DNA of 61,722 nt, filler included. It is 4 parts of 4 records of this genome, joined end to end, with 100 filler letters (N's around TTAATTAATTAA, not from the genome) between each part and the next. Parts side by side here need not be neighbours in the genome. Positions count along the whole stretch, not along the records: positions 1 to 17,974 come from SRR20825006_901; positions 18,075 to 31,956 come from SRR20825006_909; 2 more parts are not named here. One strand, 5' to 3'. Shown in pieces: positions 9,986 to 20,198 of this stretch. Numbering within the stretch: position 1 is the stretch's first letter; every line of letters starts with the position of its first letter. Both the position numbers and the translations under genes were made by a program. A model generated the notes under the pieces. The model was given only the letters and a program-made list of their open reading frames with translations, did no database searches and was not told where the DNA came from.

Positions 9986-10993
9986 CTAGCGGGCGATGTA
10001 GGACTCTACCAAGTAGCCGCCTGCAATCTGCCTTTGATTGGCGAGCCTTTCCTCAATTGTTTTGGATCCATCGAGTGAAAGTCGGTGGATGTGGTTTATT
10101 TTCCAGCTGCTGTTTTTGAGATCTGCAATGAGTTCTCGTCGCGAATAGCGATGCAGGAACATGTCGGGGAGGCCTCGGTAGGCGTAGGTTGCGTCGCCGA
10201 ATTCGTGGTCGCGGCTGATGATCGATTTCAGCAAGCTTTTGGCGAGCAGCCGTTTGCCGCCGGATTGAGCGAGCGATGCGTAGCGGTTGTGCACGTGCAG
10301 GAGGAGCTTGCCTCTTGGGCTGACAATGCGTGAAGCGTGTCGGAGTACCTTCCGGCGATTTTCTCTGCCTTGGATCATGCCCAAAGTACTGAACAGGCAC
10401 ACCGCTCCCGCGACTGAATTGTCGGCCAAGCAATCGAGTTGGACCAAGTTGGCTCGGAGTGGAACGATCGATCCTGTTTGATTGCCCTGCGATTCGGCAC
10501 TGGTGTGTCTGGCTCGCTCGACCACGTGGTTCAGCATGGACTGAGACAAGTCGATTGCGAGCACGTTGCGGCCAAGTCGCGATAACTCTGTGGCGGCTCG
10601 GCCCGTTCCGCATCCCAAATCGAGCACCCAATTGTCTCGATCAGAAAAAACTTTTTGGTCGGTCCGACCAACCTCCCCCTCGGTAGATTCCGCTGTCTGC
10701 CGGCCGGAATCGATAGATTCAAACACCTGACGCAAGAACGTCTGGTCCAACTCACAGAGCGGCGTCTCCGCCACAAAGGCATCGTAGTGGTTGGCGATGG
10801 ACCCTTGTTGGACGTATCGCCATGTTCCTGGTGCGACACCTGCTGGGCGTCGCCATTGGGATTGTTCGATTCGGGTGGATGATTCCCGTCGATCGTGATG
10901 CGAGGACTCGGCTGGTGAAGCGATTTTTTCGGGCCGAGGATCGGTCATCGTGGCTGGTTCGATGTCAGTGGAATGGTTCGGGGGCTGTTTCAA
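9986..10993 (-). CDS. Class I SAM-dependent methyltransferase
   Basis: VLDLGCGTGR, AIDLSQSML and CLFSTLGMI motifs. The start may be the ATG at 10948. Confidence 0.85.
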   Translation of the reverse strand: MKQPPNHSTDIEPATMTDPRPEKIASPAESSHHDRRESSTRIEQSQWRRPAGVAPGTWRYVQQGSIANHYDAFVAETPLCELDQTFLRQVFESIDSGRQTAESTEGEVGRTDQKVFSDRDNWVLDLGCGTGRAATELSRLGRNVLAIDLSQSMLNHVVERARHTSAESQGNQTGSIVPLRANLVQLDCLADNSVAGAVCLFSTLGMIQGRENRRKVLRHASRIVSPRGKLLLHVHNRYASLAQSGGKRLLAKSLLKSIISRDHEFGDATYAYRGLPDMFLHRYSRRELIADLKNSSWKINHIHRLSLDGSKTIEERLANQRQIAGGYLVESYIAR

Positions 10994-11009
10994 AATGGAC
11001 TCGCGATCT

Positions 11010-11015
11010 TATAAT
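11010..11015 (+). promoter_or_regulatory. Candidate sigma70 -10 element (TATAAT) for gap
   Basis: Perfect TATAAT about 80 nt upstream of the gap GTG in GC-rich DNA. The -35 match is poor. Confidence 0.4.
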
Positions 11016-11039
11016 CCGCGCCCGCAGCGGACTGGGTGA

Positions 11040-12125
<1,086 letters not shown>

Positions 12126-12147
12126 GATCGCCTTTGGCGATTGCCAC

Positions 12148-12270
12148 TAGCTTCTAGCGATTAGCCAGAAGCTTTTTGAGCGAATTCCTCGGACGTGGTG
12201 ATACAATCACCGCGTCCGTTTTTCATTTTACGGCTGCTAGCCAATCGCTAGGAGCTAATAGCTAGAAGCT
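12148..12270. repeat. Inverted arms built from 7-nt TAGCNNN units flanking the gap terminator
   Basis: 12148-12168 (TAGCTTCTAGCGATTAGCCAG) matches the reverse complement of 12237-12257 at 18/21 positions. The heptad periodicity continues to 12270. Confidence 0.6.
12191..12223 (+). terminator. Intrinsic terminator after gap
   Basis: GGACGTGGTGAT/ATCACCGCGTCC stem followed by GTTTTT. Confidence 0.7.
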
Positions 12271-12276
12271 TTTCAA

Positions 12277-13500
12277 ATGTTCTTTGATCGCGTTGAAATT
12301 GAGTTCCAAGCCGGCAAGGGCGGCGATGGCTGCATGAGCTTTCGCAAGGAGAAGTACGTTCCCAAGGGCGGTCCCGACGGTGGCGATGGCGGCCGGGGTG
12401 CGAGCATCGTTTTGGAAGCTCGCCTGGGCGTGAACTCGTTGGCCCAATTCGCGACCCGAAAGTTCTTTCGAGCTGAAAAGGGTGGCTTCGGCATGGGAGC
12501 CCTCCGCCATGGTAGAAAGGGCCGCGAAATGCGGCTGTTTGTTCCGTGCGGGACGAGCATCATCGATGCGAAAGACGGTTTCGTCATCAAAGATCTGACG
12601 CAGGTCGGCGAAGAATTTGTGATCTGCCGCGGTGGCAAAGGAGGTCACGGGAACGCTCGTTTCAAAACGCCGCAGAACCAAGCACCACGAGAACGCGAAC
12701 TGGGCCAGCCCGGCGAAACGCGACACGTGATCATGGAACTGAAATCGATCGCCGATGTGGGGCTGATCGGAAAACCAAACGCTGGCAAAAGCACTCTGCT
12801 TTCGCGGATCAGCAGTGCTCGGCCCGAAATTGCCGATTATCCGTTCACGACGAAGTACCCCAACCTCGGAATTGTCGACGTCGACATCGAGCGATCGTTC
12901 ATCCTGGCTGACATTCCCGGTTTGATCGAAGGGGCCAGTGAAGGCATCGGGCTGGGGCACGAGTTCCTGCGTCACGTCGAACGCGCCGGATTACTGGTTC
13001 ACCTGATCGAGCCAACTCCGGTCGACGGCAGCGATCCGATCCAAAACTATGTCGCGATCCGCGAAGAGTTGCAGCATTACGACGAGTCGCTCGCTGATCG
13101 CGATGAATTGGTGGTGATGACCAAGTGTGAATTGGACCCGGATGCAGAAGTTCGTGAGCAATTGCAAGCTTATTTTGACGAGCACCCGGCCAACCACGCT
13201 CGTGATCTGCGTTCGATCAGTGCCGCAACGGACGTGGGACTGAAAGAACTGGTCGGCGAGATCATGAATCGAGTCGCCAAGCGTCGCGAAGAAATGATCG
13301 AAGCGGGCATCACTCCAACTTTGATTCGCCAAGACGACGCTCCCGTGACACCCAAAAAAGAACGTCGCCTTCCACCTCACAAGGCCGCCGCAACGGGTGG
13401 CTTGTCGGATGAGGTGCAGGCGCAAGATATCCAGGGTGCCGCCACGTTGTCCGACACTGGCAAAGTCGTGCCTGGCGAACGCCGCGATCGTTCGTCTTGA
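12277..13500 (+). CDS. obgE: GTPase ObgE/CgtA
   Basis: Gly-rich Obg fold (GKGGDG...[11 protein letters not shown]), [13 protein letters not shown] and DIPGLIEGA. Confidence 0.97.
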   Translation: MFFDRVEIEFQAGKGGDGCMSFRKEKYVPKGGPDGGDGGRGASIVLEARLGVNSLAQFATRKFFRAEKGGFGMGALRHGRKGREMRLFVPCGTSIIDAKDGFVIKDLTQVGEEFVICRGGKGGHGNARFKTPQNQAPRERELGQPGETRHVIMELKSIADVGLIGKPNAGKSTLLSRISSARPEIADYPFTTKYPNLGIVDVDIERSFILADIPGLIEGASEGIGLGHEFLRHVERAGLLVHLIEPTPVDGSDPIQNYVAIREELQHYDESLADRDELVVMTKCELDPDAEVREQLQAYFDEHPANHARDLRSISAATDVGLKELVGEIMNRVAKRREEMIEAGITPTLIRQDDAPVTPKKERRLPPHKAAATGGLSDEVQAQDIQGAATLSDTGKVVPGERRDRSS

Positions 13501-13516
13501 AGCAGTCGGCAGGAAC

Positions 13517-14404
13517 ATGGCAGACGAGCAATCCCCCGCGAATGAGCAACGGCTCCATGATGAATCGCCTTGCGATGTCGTGATGGTGCGAGTCGGCATC
13601 GATGTTGGCAACACCGCGATCAAGGTTGTCACTCAAGCATCGACCGCTGTTGAAGCGTCGCAGCCAGCAAGGACGCGAGGTCCACAGTTGCGATCGATTT
13701 CCCTGCGTGATCCAGAGTGGATCACCAAGTGCATCGAGCACTTGCAAACGCTGGCGGAGAAGGTTGCGGCTTGTGAATCGCAAGATTGTGAATCCGTTTG
13801 CTACGACGTTCGGGTCGCGAGTGTGAATCGTGGTTCGGCGGAACCGTTGGTCGTTGCTCTCGACGAAGCATTCTTCCAGTGCATTCGCGTGCGATTCGTG
13901 ACGCATGAAGACGTTTCGATGCCAATCGATGTGAACTTCCCCGAACGAGTCGGGATCGATCGATTGCTCGGGGCGGAAGCTGCATTCCGGCGTCACGCGG
14001 CACCGTTGATTGTGGTCGATGCCGGAACCACGGTGACGGTCGATTTTGTTTCCGCCGAGGGAGTGTTTCGCGGCGGAGCGATCTTGCCTGGTTTGGAAAT
14101 GCAGACCGCGGCACTCGCGGCCGGGACGGATGCGTTACCCAAACTCGATTGGGCATCCCACCGGTGTCGAGAGATGCCGGAGGGACCAGGCCGAGACACG
14201 GTCGCCGCGATGCGACTGGGCGTTCTCGCGTCAGTCGCGGGGGCCGTTGAACGACTGCTTCGTATCTACGGCGGTGCGGCAACTTTGGTCGTAACCGGTG
14301 GCGATGCGGGATGTTTGGTCGATGCCTTGCCAGCGGAATGCGACGCGGTGGAAGAACCTCACTTGGTCGCGCAAGCACTGTTGGATTTGATGCTGCACGA
14401 ATAA
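13517..14404 (+). CDS. coaX: Type III pantothenate kinase
   Basis: GIDVGNTAIK, VGIDRL, VVDAGTTVTVD, GGAILPG and VVTGGDA. ATG at 13517 follows AGGAAC. Confidence 0.9.
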   Translation: MADEQSPANEQRLHDESPCDVVMVRVGIDVGNTAIKVVTQASTAVEASQPARTRGPQLRSISLRDPEWITKCIEHLQTLAEKVAACESQDCESVCYDVRVASVNRGSAEPLVVALDEAFFQCIRVRFVTHEDVSMPIDVNFPERVGIDRLLGAEAAFRRHAAPLIVVDAGTTVTVDFVSAEGVFRGGAILPGLEMQTAALAAGTDALPKLDWASHRCREMPEGPGRDTVAAMRLGVLASVAGAVERLLRIYGGAATLVVTGGDAGCLVDALPAECDAVEEPHLVAQALLDLMLHE

Positions 14405-14592
14405 GTGACAGAGCTATTGCCGTTGAGAGCCCCCTAATGAGGGTCTTCGGGCAAGTCACCTGCTAATCGCATTTCGGGCTCCAATCTTTGATGGACATAG
14501 CGGTTCTCGTTTCGCTAACAGGCGATTGGGTCCTTCGTTTGGGACCACGTGATCGCATTCTACGAGCCGAATCCTGGCGGCTTCCCAGCCAA

Positions 14593-14929
14593 AGCTTGCC
14601 GGTTATTCAGGCTCCAACGGTTGCACGATCGCCTGGTAATTCGCGCAAACCTTTTTGAGCAGGAAAGCTTTTCCGGCATGGCCGACGAGGACGAAAGCAA
14701 TCCTTGTCGACAGGCGGTCGCAACGAAGTTTTGGCAAGCTGAAATCGCAGCAACAATCGATAGCCAACACGTGCACCGCTGAAGACTGGCACCGATGGAT
14801 CGCGTCTCATTGCTTTCCCCTCCCTAGCAATCGATGCGTGAACTGCGATGCGGCGGCCCTCTCGTCCAAGGATCCGGGCGAGACCCAAGGGGCCGCCGCC
14901 AGATTGATCGCAATCACGTATTGAAAGCA
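14593..14929 (+). ncRNA. Candidate structured RNA / leader upstream of the RNase H-like gene
   Basis: Nested complementary segments read from the sequence: 14593-14600/14733-14740, 14620-14635/14711-14724, 14683-14691/14701-14709; then 14811-14817/14923-14929, 14831-14841/14914-14924, 14844-14849/14907-14912, 14850-14859/14890-14899 and 14861-14867/14876-14882. There is no credible CDS in the ~550-nt gap. The family is not recognised and the strand is inferred. Confidence 0.35.
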
Positions 14930-14955
14930 CGTCGAACACACTGGCGAACCCAACC

Positions 14956-15678
14956 ATGATGGATCCTTTGCAATCCCTCGAAGAATTCGCGTCGATGACG
15001 TCCGAATTCGGCGACCCCGATTTCAACCCACCACCCGCGAAACCTCGCGCTTCGTTTTTGCTGGTCGTGTCCGCTCACAGCACGTCGCTGACCGATGGTC
15101 GTTGGCAATTTGTGATCGAGACATCGGACGGCAAACCCGTGATGGAAGCGGACGATCAAGAATTTGGCGACTTGAACCGTTTGTCATTGCTGGCGGCGGT
15201 ACGAGGCCTCGAGGCAATCGACGGGCCCTCGGGCATCACGCTGCTGAGTCACAACCGATACCTGATTCGATCACTGACTGATTCATTGCCGAGATGGCGC
15301 CGCAGCGATTTCGTTTGGGATCACTTCGGCCGTCGTGTCGAAGTCCAGCACGCTGATCTGTGGCGACGCGTCGACCACGCTTTGGGAATCCACGAGGTTC
15401 AAGCGTGTTTGGTGACGTCGCGTCTGGTCAGTCGCAAACCCGAACATGTCACGCCCGATGGAGCGATTCCCGCGGCTGAAGTCGACGCTTCGGTTGCCCG
15501 CGGATCCACCAAGTTGAATGACGATTGGTCGAGAATCGACCAACCTCACTCAGGGCCGCCGGCTCCGAAATCCAGTCGGGCGGTTCCAACCGCCAACGAT
15601 CGCCTGCGTGACTGGTTGCTGAGTACCGCAATTTCGGCCAACGGCATTCAACGATCCAACCCAATCAAAACGTCCTGA
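14956..15678 (+). CDS. RNase HI-fold protein, predicted catalytically inactive
   Basis: NRLSLLAAVRGLEAI, ITLLSHNRYL and HADLWRRVDHALGIHEV align by eye with RNase HI NRMELMAAIVALEAL, VILSTDSQYV and NVDLWQRLDAALGQHQI. The acidic catalytic residues are replaced. Confidence 0.75.
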   Translation: MMDPLQSLEEFASMTSEFGDPDFNPPPAKPRASFLLVVSAHSTSLTDGRWQFVIETSDGKPVMEADDQEFGDLNRLSLLAAVRGLEAIDGPSGITLLSHNRYLIRSLTDSLPRWRRSDFVWDHFGRRVEVQHADLWRRVDHALGIHEVQACLVTSRLVSRKPEHVTPDGAIPAAEVDASVARGSTKLNDDWSRIDQPHSGPPAPKSSRAVPTANDRLRDWLLSTAISANGIQRSNPIKTS

Positions 15679-15738
15679 TTTCAGGCGTGTTTTTGCATTT
15701 TCGAACTCATTTTCAATCAATTCACTCGTAGTCCAGCC

Positions 15739-17949
15739 ATGAATTCGCAGCTTTCATTATCGACCATTCAGTCACTCGTGGATGGCAGTGTGGCGAACCC
15801 GGGTAGTTTGTTGGGCCGTCACCCTGTCAACTATCGGGGGCGAGAAGCCACATCCGTTCGCGTTTTGGAACCCAACGCAGAATCCGTGTGGCTGATCGAT
15901 TCGGCAAGCGGTTTGCGACGTCCCATGCGACGGTTGCATCCCGGCGGATTCTTCGAAGCGATCTGCGATGAGCCCATCACCAAGCCCTCCACGTCCAGAC
16001 TGCAAATGATCGACAAGACCGGAAAAGAAATGAAGACGACGTCTCCCTACACCGTCCCCAGCATCTTCAGCGACCTCGATCGCTACCTGATCGGTGAAGG
16101 TCGCCACCACCAGTTGTACGAGCGACTGGGGGCACAGCTCCGCGAAGTCGATGGCGTCAAAGGCGTCAACTTCGCCGTTTGGGCACCCAACGCTCGGTCA
16201 GTTCAGGTCGTCGGCGATTTCAATGGATGGGACGGACGCGGTCATGTCGCCCAGCCCGTCGAGTCGACTGGTATTTGGGAATTGTTCCTGCCCGGAGCAA
16301 CAGTCGGTCAGAAATACAAGTTCCGAATCCAGACCCAGCACGGTCATTGGATGGACAAGTGCGACCCGATGGCATTCGCCGCCGAACTGCCACCGCTGAC
16401 CGCGAATATCATCACGGACATCAACACGTACTCGTGGAATGATTCGGATTGGTTGCAGCAACGGGCCGAGATGGACCCAATGCACACTCCGATGAACGTT
16501 TATGAAGTTCATTTGGGCAGCTGGCAAAAAGGCCCCGGCCGCACCCACGGTTGGTTGGACTATCGCGACTTGGCCAAGCGATTGGTTGACTACTGTCACC
16601 GCATGAATTTCACGCACGTGGAATTGATGCCAATCAGCGAGCATCCATTCACGGGGTCATGGGGCTACCAAAGCGTCGGCTACTACGCGCCGACTAGTCG
16701 TCACGGATCGCCCGAAGACTTCATGTTCTTTGTCGATCACATGCACCAAAACGGCATTGGCGTCTTGATCGACTGGGTTCCCGCTCACTTCCCCAAAGAC
16801 GATCACGGCCTGCGTCAGTTCGATGGTTCGGCGTTGTACGAGCATGCGGATCCTCGTCAGGGCGAGCACCCGGATTGGGGCACGATGATCTTCAACTTCG
16901 GTCGCAACGAAGTGAAGAACTTCTTGATCGCCAACGCGTTGTTCTGGTTGGACAAGTATCACATCGATGGTCTGCGAGTCGACGCGGTCGCATCCATGTT
17001 GTACTTGGATTACAGCCGAGAAGACGGTGAGTGGATTCCGAACCGGTATGGCGGCCGGGAGAACCTCGAGTCGATCGACTTCCTGCGTGATTTCAACATC
17101 GCGGTTCATGAGAATCACCCCGGTGTGATCACGGCGGCGGAAGAGTCGACCGCGTGGCCGGGCGTTTCGCGTCCAACGTACGATGGCGGTCTTGGTTTCA
17201 CTTACAAGTGGAACATGGGATGGATGAATGACACATTAAGCTACATGCGGAACGAACCGATTCACCGCAAGTTCCATCAGAATGAGCTGACGTTCAGTCT
17301 GATCTATGCCTTCACCGAAAACTTCACGTTGCCACTATCGCACGATGAAGTGGTTCACGGCAAAGGGTCGTTGATCAGCCAAATGCCAGGAGACATGTGG
17401 CAGAAGTTCGCCAACCTGCGATTGTTGTACAGCTACATGTGGACTCACCCCGGCAAGAAGTTGCTCTTCATGGGCGGTGAAATCGCGCAGTGGACTGAGT
17501 GGAATGCGGACGATGGTCCTCAATGGGAATTGCTAGACTTCGACACGCACCGTGGAGTCCAACAATTGGTTGCCGACTTGAACAAGGTCGTGATTGAAAA
17601 CCCTGCTCTGCACTGGCACGATTTCACAGGCGACGGCTTCGAGTGGATTGATGCTCACAACGCGGAAGACAGCGTTTTGGTCTACCTGCGAAAGGGTGCC
17701 GAAGGCGATCCTCCGATCCTGGTTTGCAACAACTTCACGCCTGTCCCGCGAGACAACTATCGCGTTGGTGTGCCGGCACAAGGTTTCTGGAAAGAGATCT
17801 TCAACAGTGACGGCGAAGCGTATGGCGGATCAAACCTGGGCAACTATCCCGGATGTCAGACGACCGGCATTGAGCACCACGCTCGTCCGGACAGCATCGA
17901 AGTGACTCTGCCGCCACTGGGAACGACGATCCTGCGTTTGGAATCCTAG
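15739..17949 (+). CDS. glgB: 1,4-alpha-glucan branching enzyme
   Basis: FAVWAPNA, YEVHLGSW, DWVPAHFP, DGLRVDAVASMLY, AEEST and LSHDEVVHGK motifs. Confidence 0.97.
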   Translation: MNSQLSLSTIQSLVDGSVANPGSLLGRHPVNYRGREATSVRVLEPNAESVWLIDSASGLRRPMRRLHPGGFFEAICDEPITKPSTSRLQMIDKTGKEMKTTSPYTVPSIFSDLDRYLIGEGRHHQLYERLGAQLREVDGVKGVNFAVWAPNARSVQVVGDFNGWDGRGHVAQPVESTGIWELFLPGATVGQKYKFRIQTQHGHWMDKCDPMAFAAELPPLTANIITDINTYSWNDSDWLQQRAEMDPMHTPMNVYEVHLGSWQKGPGRTHGWLDYRDLAKRLVDYCHRMNFTHVELMPISEHPFTGSWGYQSVGYYAPTSRHGSPEDFMFFVDHMHQNGIGVLIDWVPAHFPKDDHGLRQFDGSALYEHADPRQGEHPDWGTMIFNFGRNEVKNFLIANALFWLDKYHIDGLRVDAVASMLYLDYSREDGEWIPNRYGGRENLESIDFLRDFNIAVHENHPGVITAAEESTAWPGVSRPTYDGGLGFTYKWNMGWMNDTLSYMRNEPIHRKFHQNELTFSLIYAFTENFTLPLSHDEVVHGKGSLISQMPGDMWQKFANLRLLYSYMWTHPGKKLLFMGGEIAQWTEWNADDGPQWELLDFDTHRGVQQLVADLNKVVIENPALHWHDFTGDGFEWIDAHNAEDSVLVYLRKGAEGDPPILVCNNFTPVPRDNYRVGVPAQGFWKEIFNSDGEAYGGSNLGNYPGCQTTGIEHHARPDSIEVTLPPLGTTILRLES

Positions 17950-17974
17950 CAGCCTGTTGATTTAGTCGTATACC

Positions 17975-18074
17975 NNNNNNNNNNNNNNNNNNNNNNNNNN
18001 NNNNNNNNNNNNNNNNNNTTAATTAATTAANNNNNNNNNNNNNNNNNNNNNNNNNNNNNNNNNNNNNNNNNNNN
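17975..18074. other. Artificial contig linker (N44-TTAATTAATTAA-N44)
   Basis: N runs around a six-frame stop linker; identical copies at 31957 and 55234. Confidence 0.99.
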
Positions 18075-19715
18075 ATCAAGAGTTTCAACAACGAATCGGA
18101 CATCCCCTTTCAGCTGGCCAAAGGCGACTTTTCCAGGATGTATGAGACGTTCAATCTGCTGTGTTTCAACCTCGCTTCCAACGGCCGCATGATTTCCTTT
18201 CACGATGTTGAGCAGACGCTCTAAGCAATTCCCAAAGTCGACCTCCTCGTTCAGCACAGTCAACTCGTCAATCAGCTCCTCCTTCGTCCAAATTCCCGGT
18301 AGAGATATTCGAACCAGCTCGTCTTCAGCTCGAATCCAGCCACGGCGTGACAATGCATCCATCACGAGCGGATCGGGGTTTGGATCGGTGATCGTCACGA
18401 TCCGCCGCTCGTCACTTTGCCACGCGCCAAGCGGCTGATCCGCAATGTACTCGGCGAGAACCCGTCCCAATCGCGTGCCTCTCAGTAGTCCTGATATTCG
18501 CAAGCGACAAATCTGACGAAGTCCACCTTCCAAGAGATGGATAGAGAAAAGTGCGACGCTTTCGTGGGTTGACGATCTGACGCGAAAAAGTTCCCATTCT
18601 TTAGGATTCGCAAGCATCCCTTTCAGTTGTGCCCTAAAAGATCGCAAACCCTCGCCGTTTTGTTGGTCGAGGAAGACTTCAAGGTCCAACTCCTCAACCG
18701 AGCGTACTTTTATTCGCTCAAGGCCGGAGTTTGTAAGCTCACGATACTCGTAGCGATGAGCATTGATGATGGCGTCGTATTGGGTCACCAGTTCCTCTGG
18801 TGGAAAGATTCGCAAACCGAGCTGTTTGAGAAGTTCTTCCGCAAAACTTATCACTTCGCTATCCCGCGTGACAAAGGCCTCCGCCTCAATTGCTGCCGAC
18901 ATAGCTATATGACGTTGATCAGATTTGCTCGATTCATCTTTGGGGCTGCCCATTATATTGCGGACCGTTTTCAGATGTCGCTCGACTGCTTCGTGGTCAG
19001 CCGTCACTTGATCCCAGTGATCATCGATTGCGTCAACAATGACCGTCTTGAGCGATTCTTCCTGCCGAGCTAAATCCGCGAAAATTTCTGGCGTGACAGC
19101 CAATGCAACTTGGTCAACCAACCAATCCGCCTTCAATCCCATACTTAGTTCATGACTCGGCCTTTGCGGCAACTCAATATCGATGACAACATTCGCGTCG
19201 CAAACGACGGTTGCGACATCGGCGTCTTGTTCAACACCATCGAAAAGCGGCATTTCGTTGATCGCCAAACTGAAAGCAATTAGCTCGCTTCCATCAATCT
19301 TCCTGCCAGCAAAACGTCGAACAGCTTTGAATCCAAGGCATCGCCATGCGTCGGCAGCTTCGTAGTCTACCCGGCAGTTCGCACGAATTCGTGCGTGCGT
19401 TGGGTACATATCTTTGAGTTCTGCAATGAGTCGCCGGGCAATCCCCCTCCTCCTATGCTGTGTCGCTACGCAAAGATGTGCGATTCGCACTTCGTAGCTC
19501 ATATTCGTACTGAAGAGCACGTAGCCGACGATTTCGCCCATGTCACTCGCTACGACAATATGCTGCAATTCGGCTCTCTGTTCAAATGCACCCTCGGGCA
19601 TGAAACCCAAAACGTCTTTCTGCGTCCTGTAAAGTTCCAAGACCTTGACCAACTCGCCAGAAGTGTCAATCGGTTTAACGACAACATCACTGCGGTTCAA
19701 AACTTTGCAATCCAT
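18075..19715 (-). CDS. GNAT-PIN(-degenerate GNAT) fusion protein, 3' end cut at the contig edge
   Basis: N-terminal GNAT (RIAHLCVATQHRRRGIARRL, AWRCLGF). PIN acidic motif set: VCDANVVID, VTPE, SDQRH, FVTRD. Second GNAT-like segment (LRISGLLRGTRLGRVL). No stop before the linker. Confidence 0.75.
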
Positions 19716-20198
19716 AGTTTGAGGTTTCCGCCATCAGCACGCGGAGCAAATCGGTAATCACTGACGCTAAACTCGTTTCCACGGTATCAACGGCAAATCA
19801 AAGTACTCTTGTGTGCATTTCGTAGATCGTACTACTTTCGCTTAAAAACACACTGACGACAGTCGAGAGCGTCGACGCAATCAACGAAACAGGGCATTTC
19901 GAGGCGAAAATTCCGATCTTCGATGCTTGCCAACTTCCGCCGATGAAAGCAAGCGGGACACCAGCACCGACTAAGTCGATCTGCAAGCGGAAACACCGCC
20001 CGATGATTCGGTGCAATGGGTTCTCAGGCCTATGGCGTTTCCGTTAGGCGGCAGACAACTTACGCAGTCAACTGATTCCACCACGTGACGCTGCCGTCTC
20101 CAGTCGTGGAGACAATTTGATTGTCTCTTTTCAACCGCGGGCATGATTAACCGTCGAAACGTCTTCGTTGCGAAACGAATACTCCGACGCGCGTCGCA

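Noticed and set aside
14433..14460. Hammerhead-like CTAATGAG...TTCG
   Set aside because: The core should be CTGANGA followed by a stem and GAAA; both are missing.
14731..14803. Sigma54 promoter at TGGCA motifs
   Set aside because: There is no GC at the required GG-N10-GC spacing in either case.
17947..17974. IS terminal repeat at the end of contig 1 (TAGCAGCCTGTTGATTTAG)
   Set aside because: It is reminiscent of a repeat or IS end, but only 28 nt are visible with no transposase or partner end, so it was not called.
18019..18030. TTAATTAATTAA as a biological repeat or as the stop of the 18027, 32009 and 55281 ORFs
   Set aside because: It is part of the synthetic linker; those genes are truncated.
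15739..19715. Functional link between glgB and the GNAT-PIN gene (likewise dehydrogenase-imelysin and DppA-like-LysR)
   Set aside because: Each pair is separated by a contig linker.
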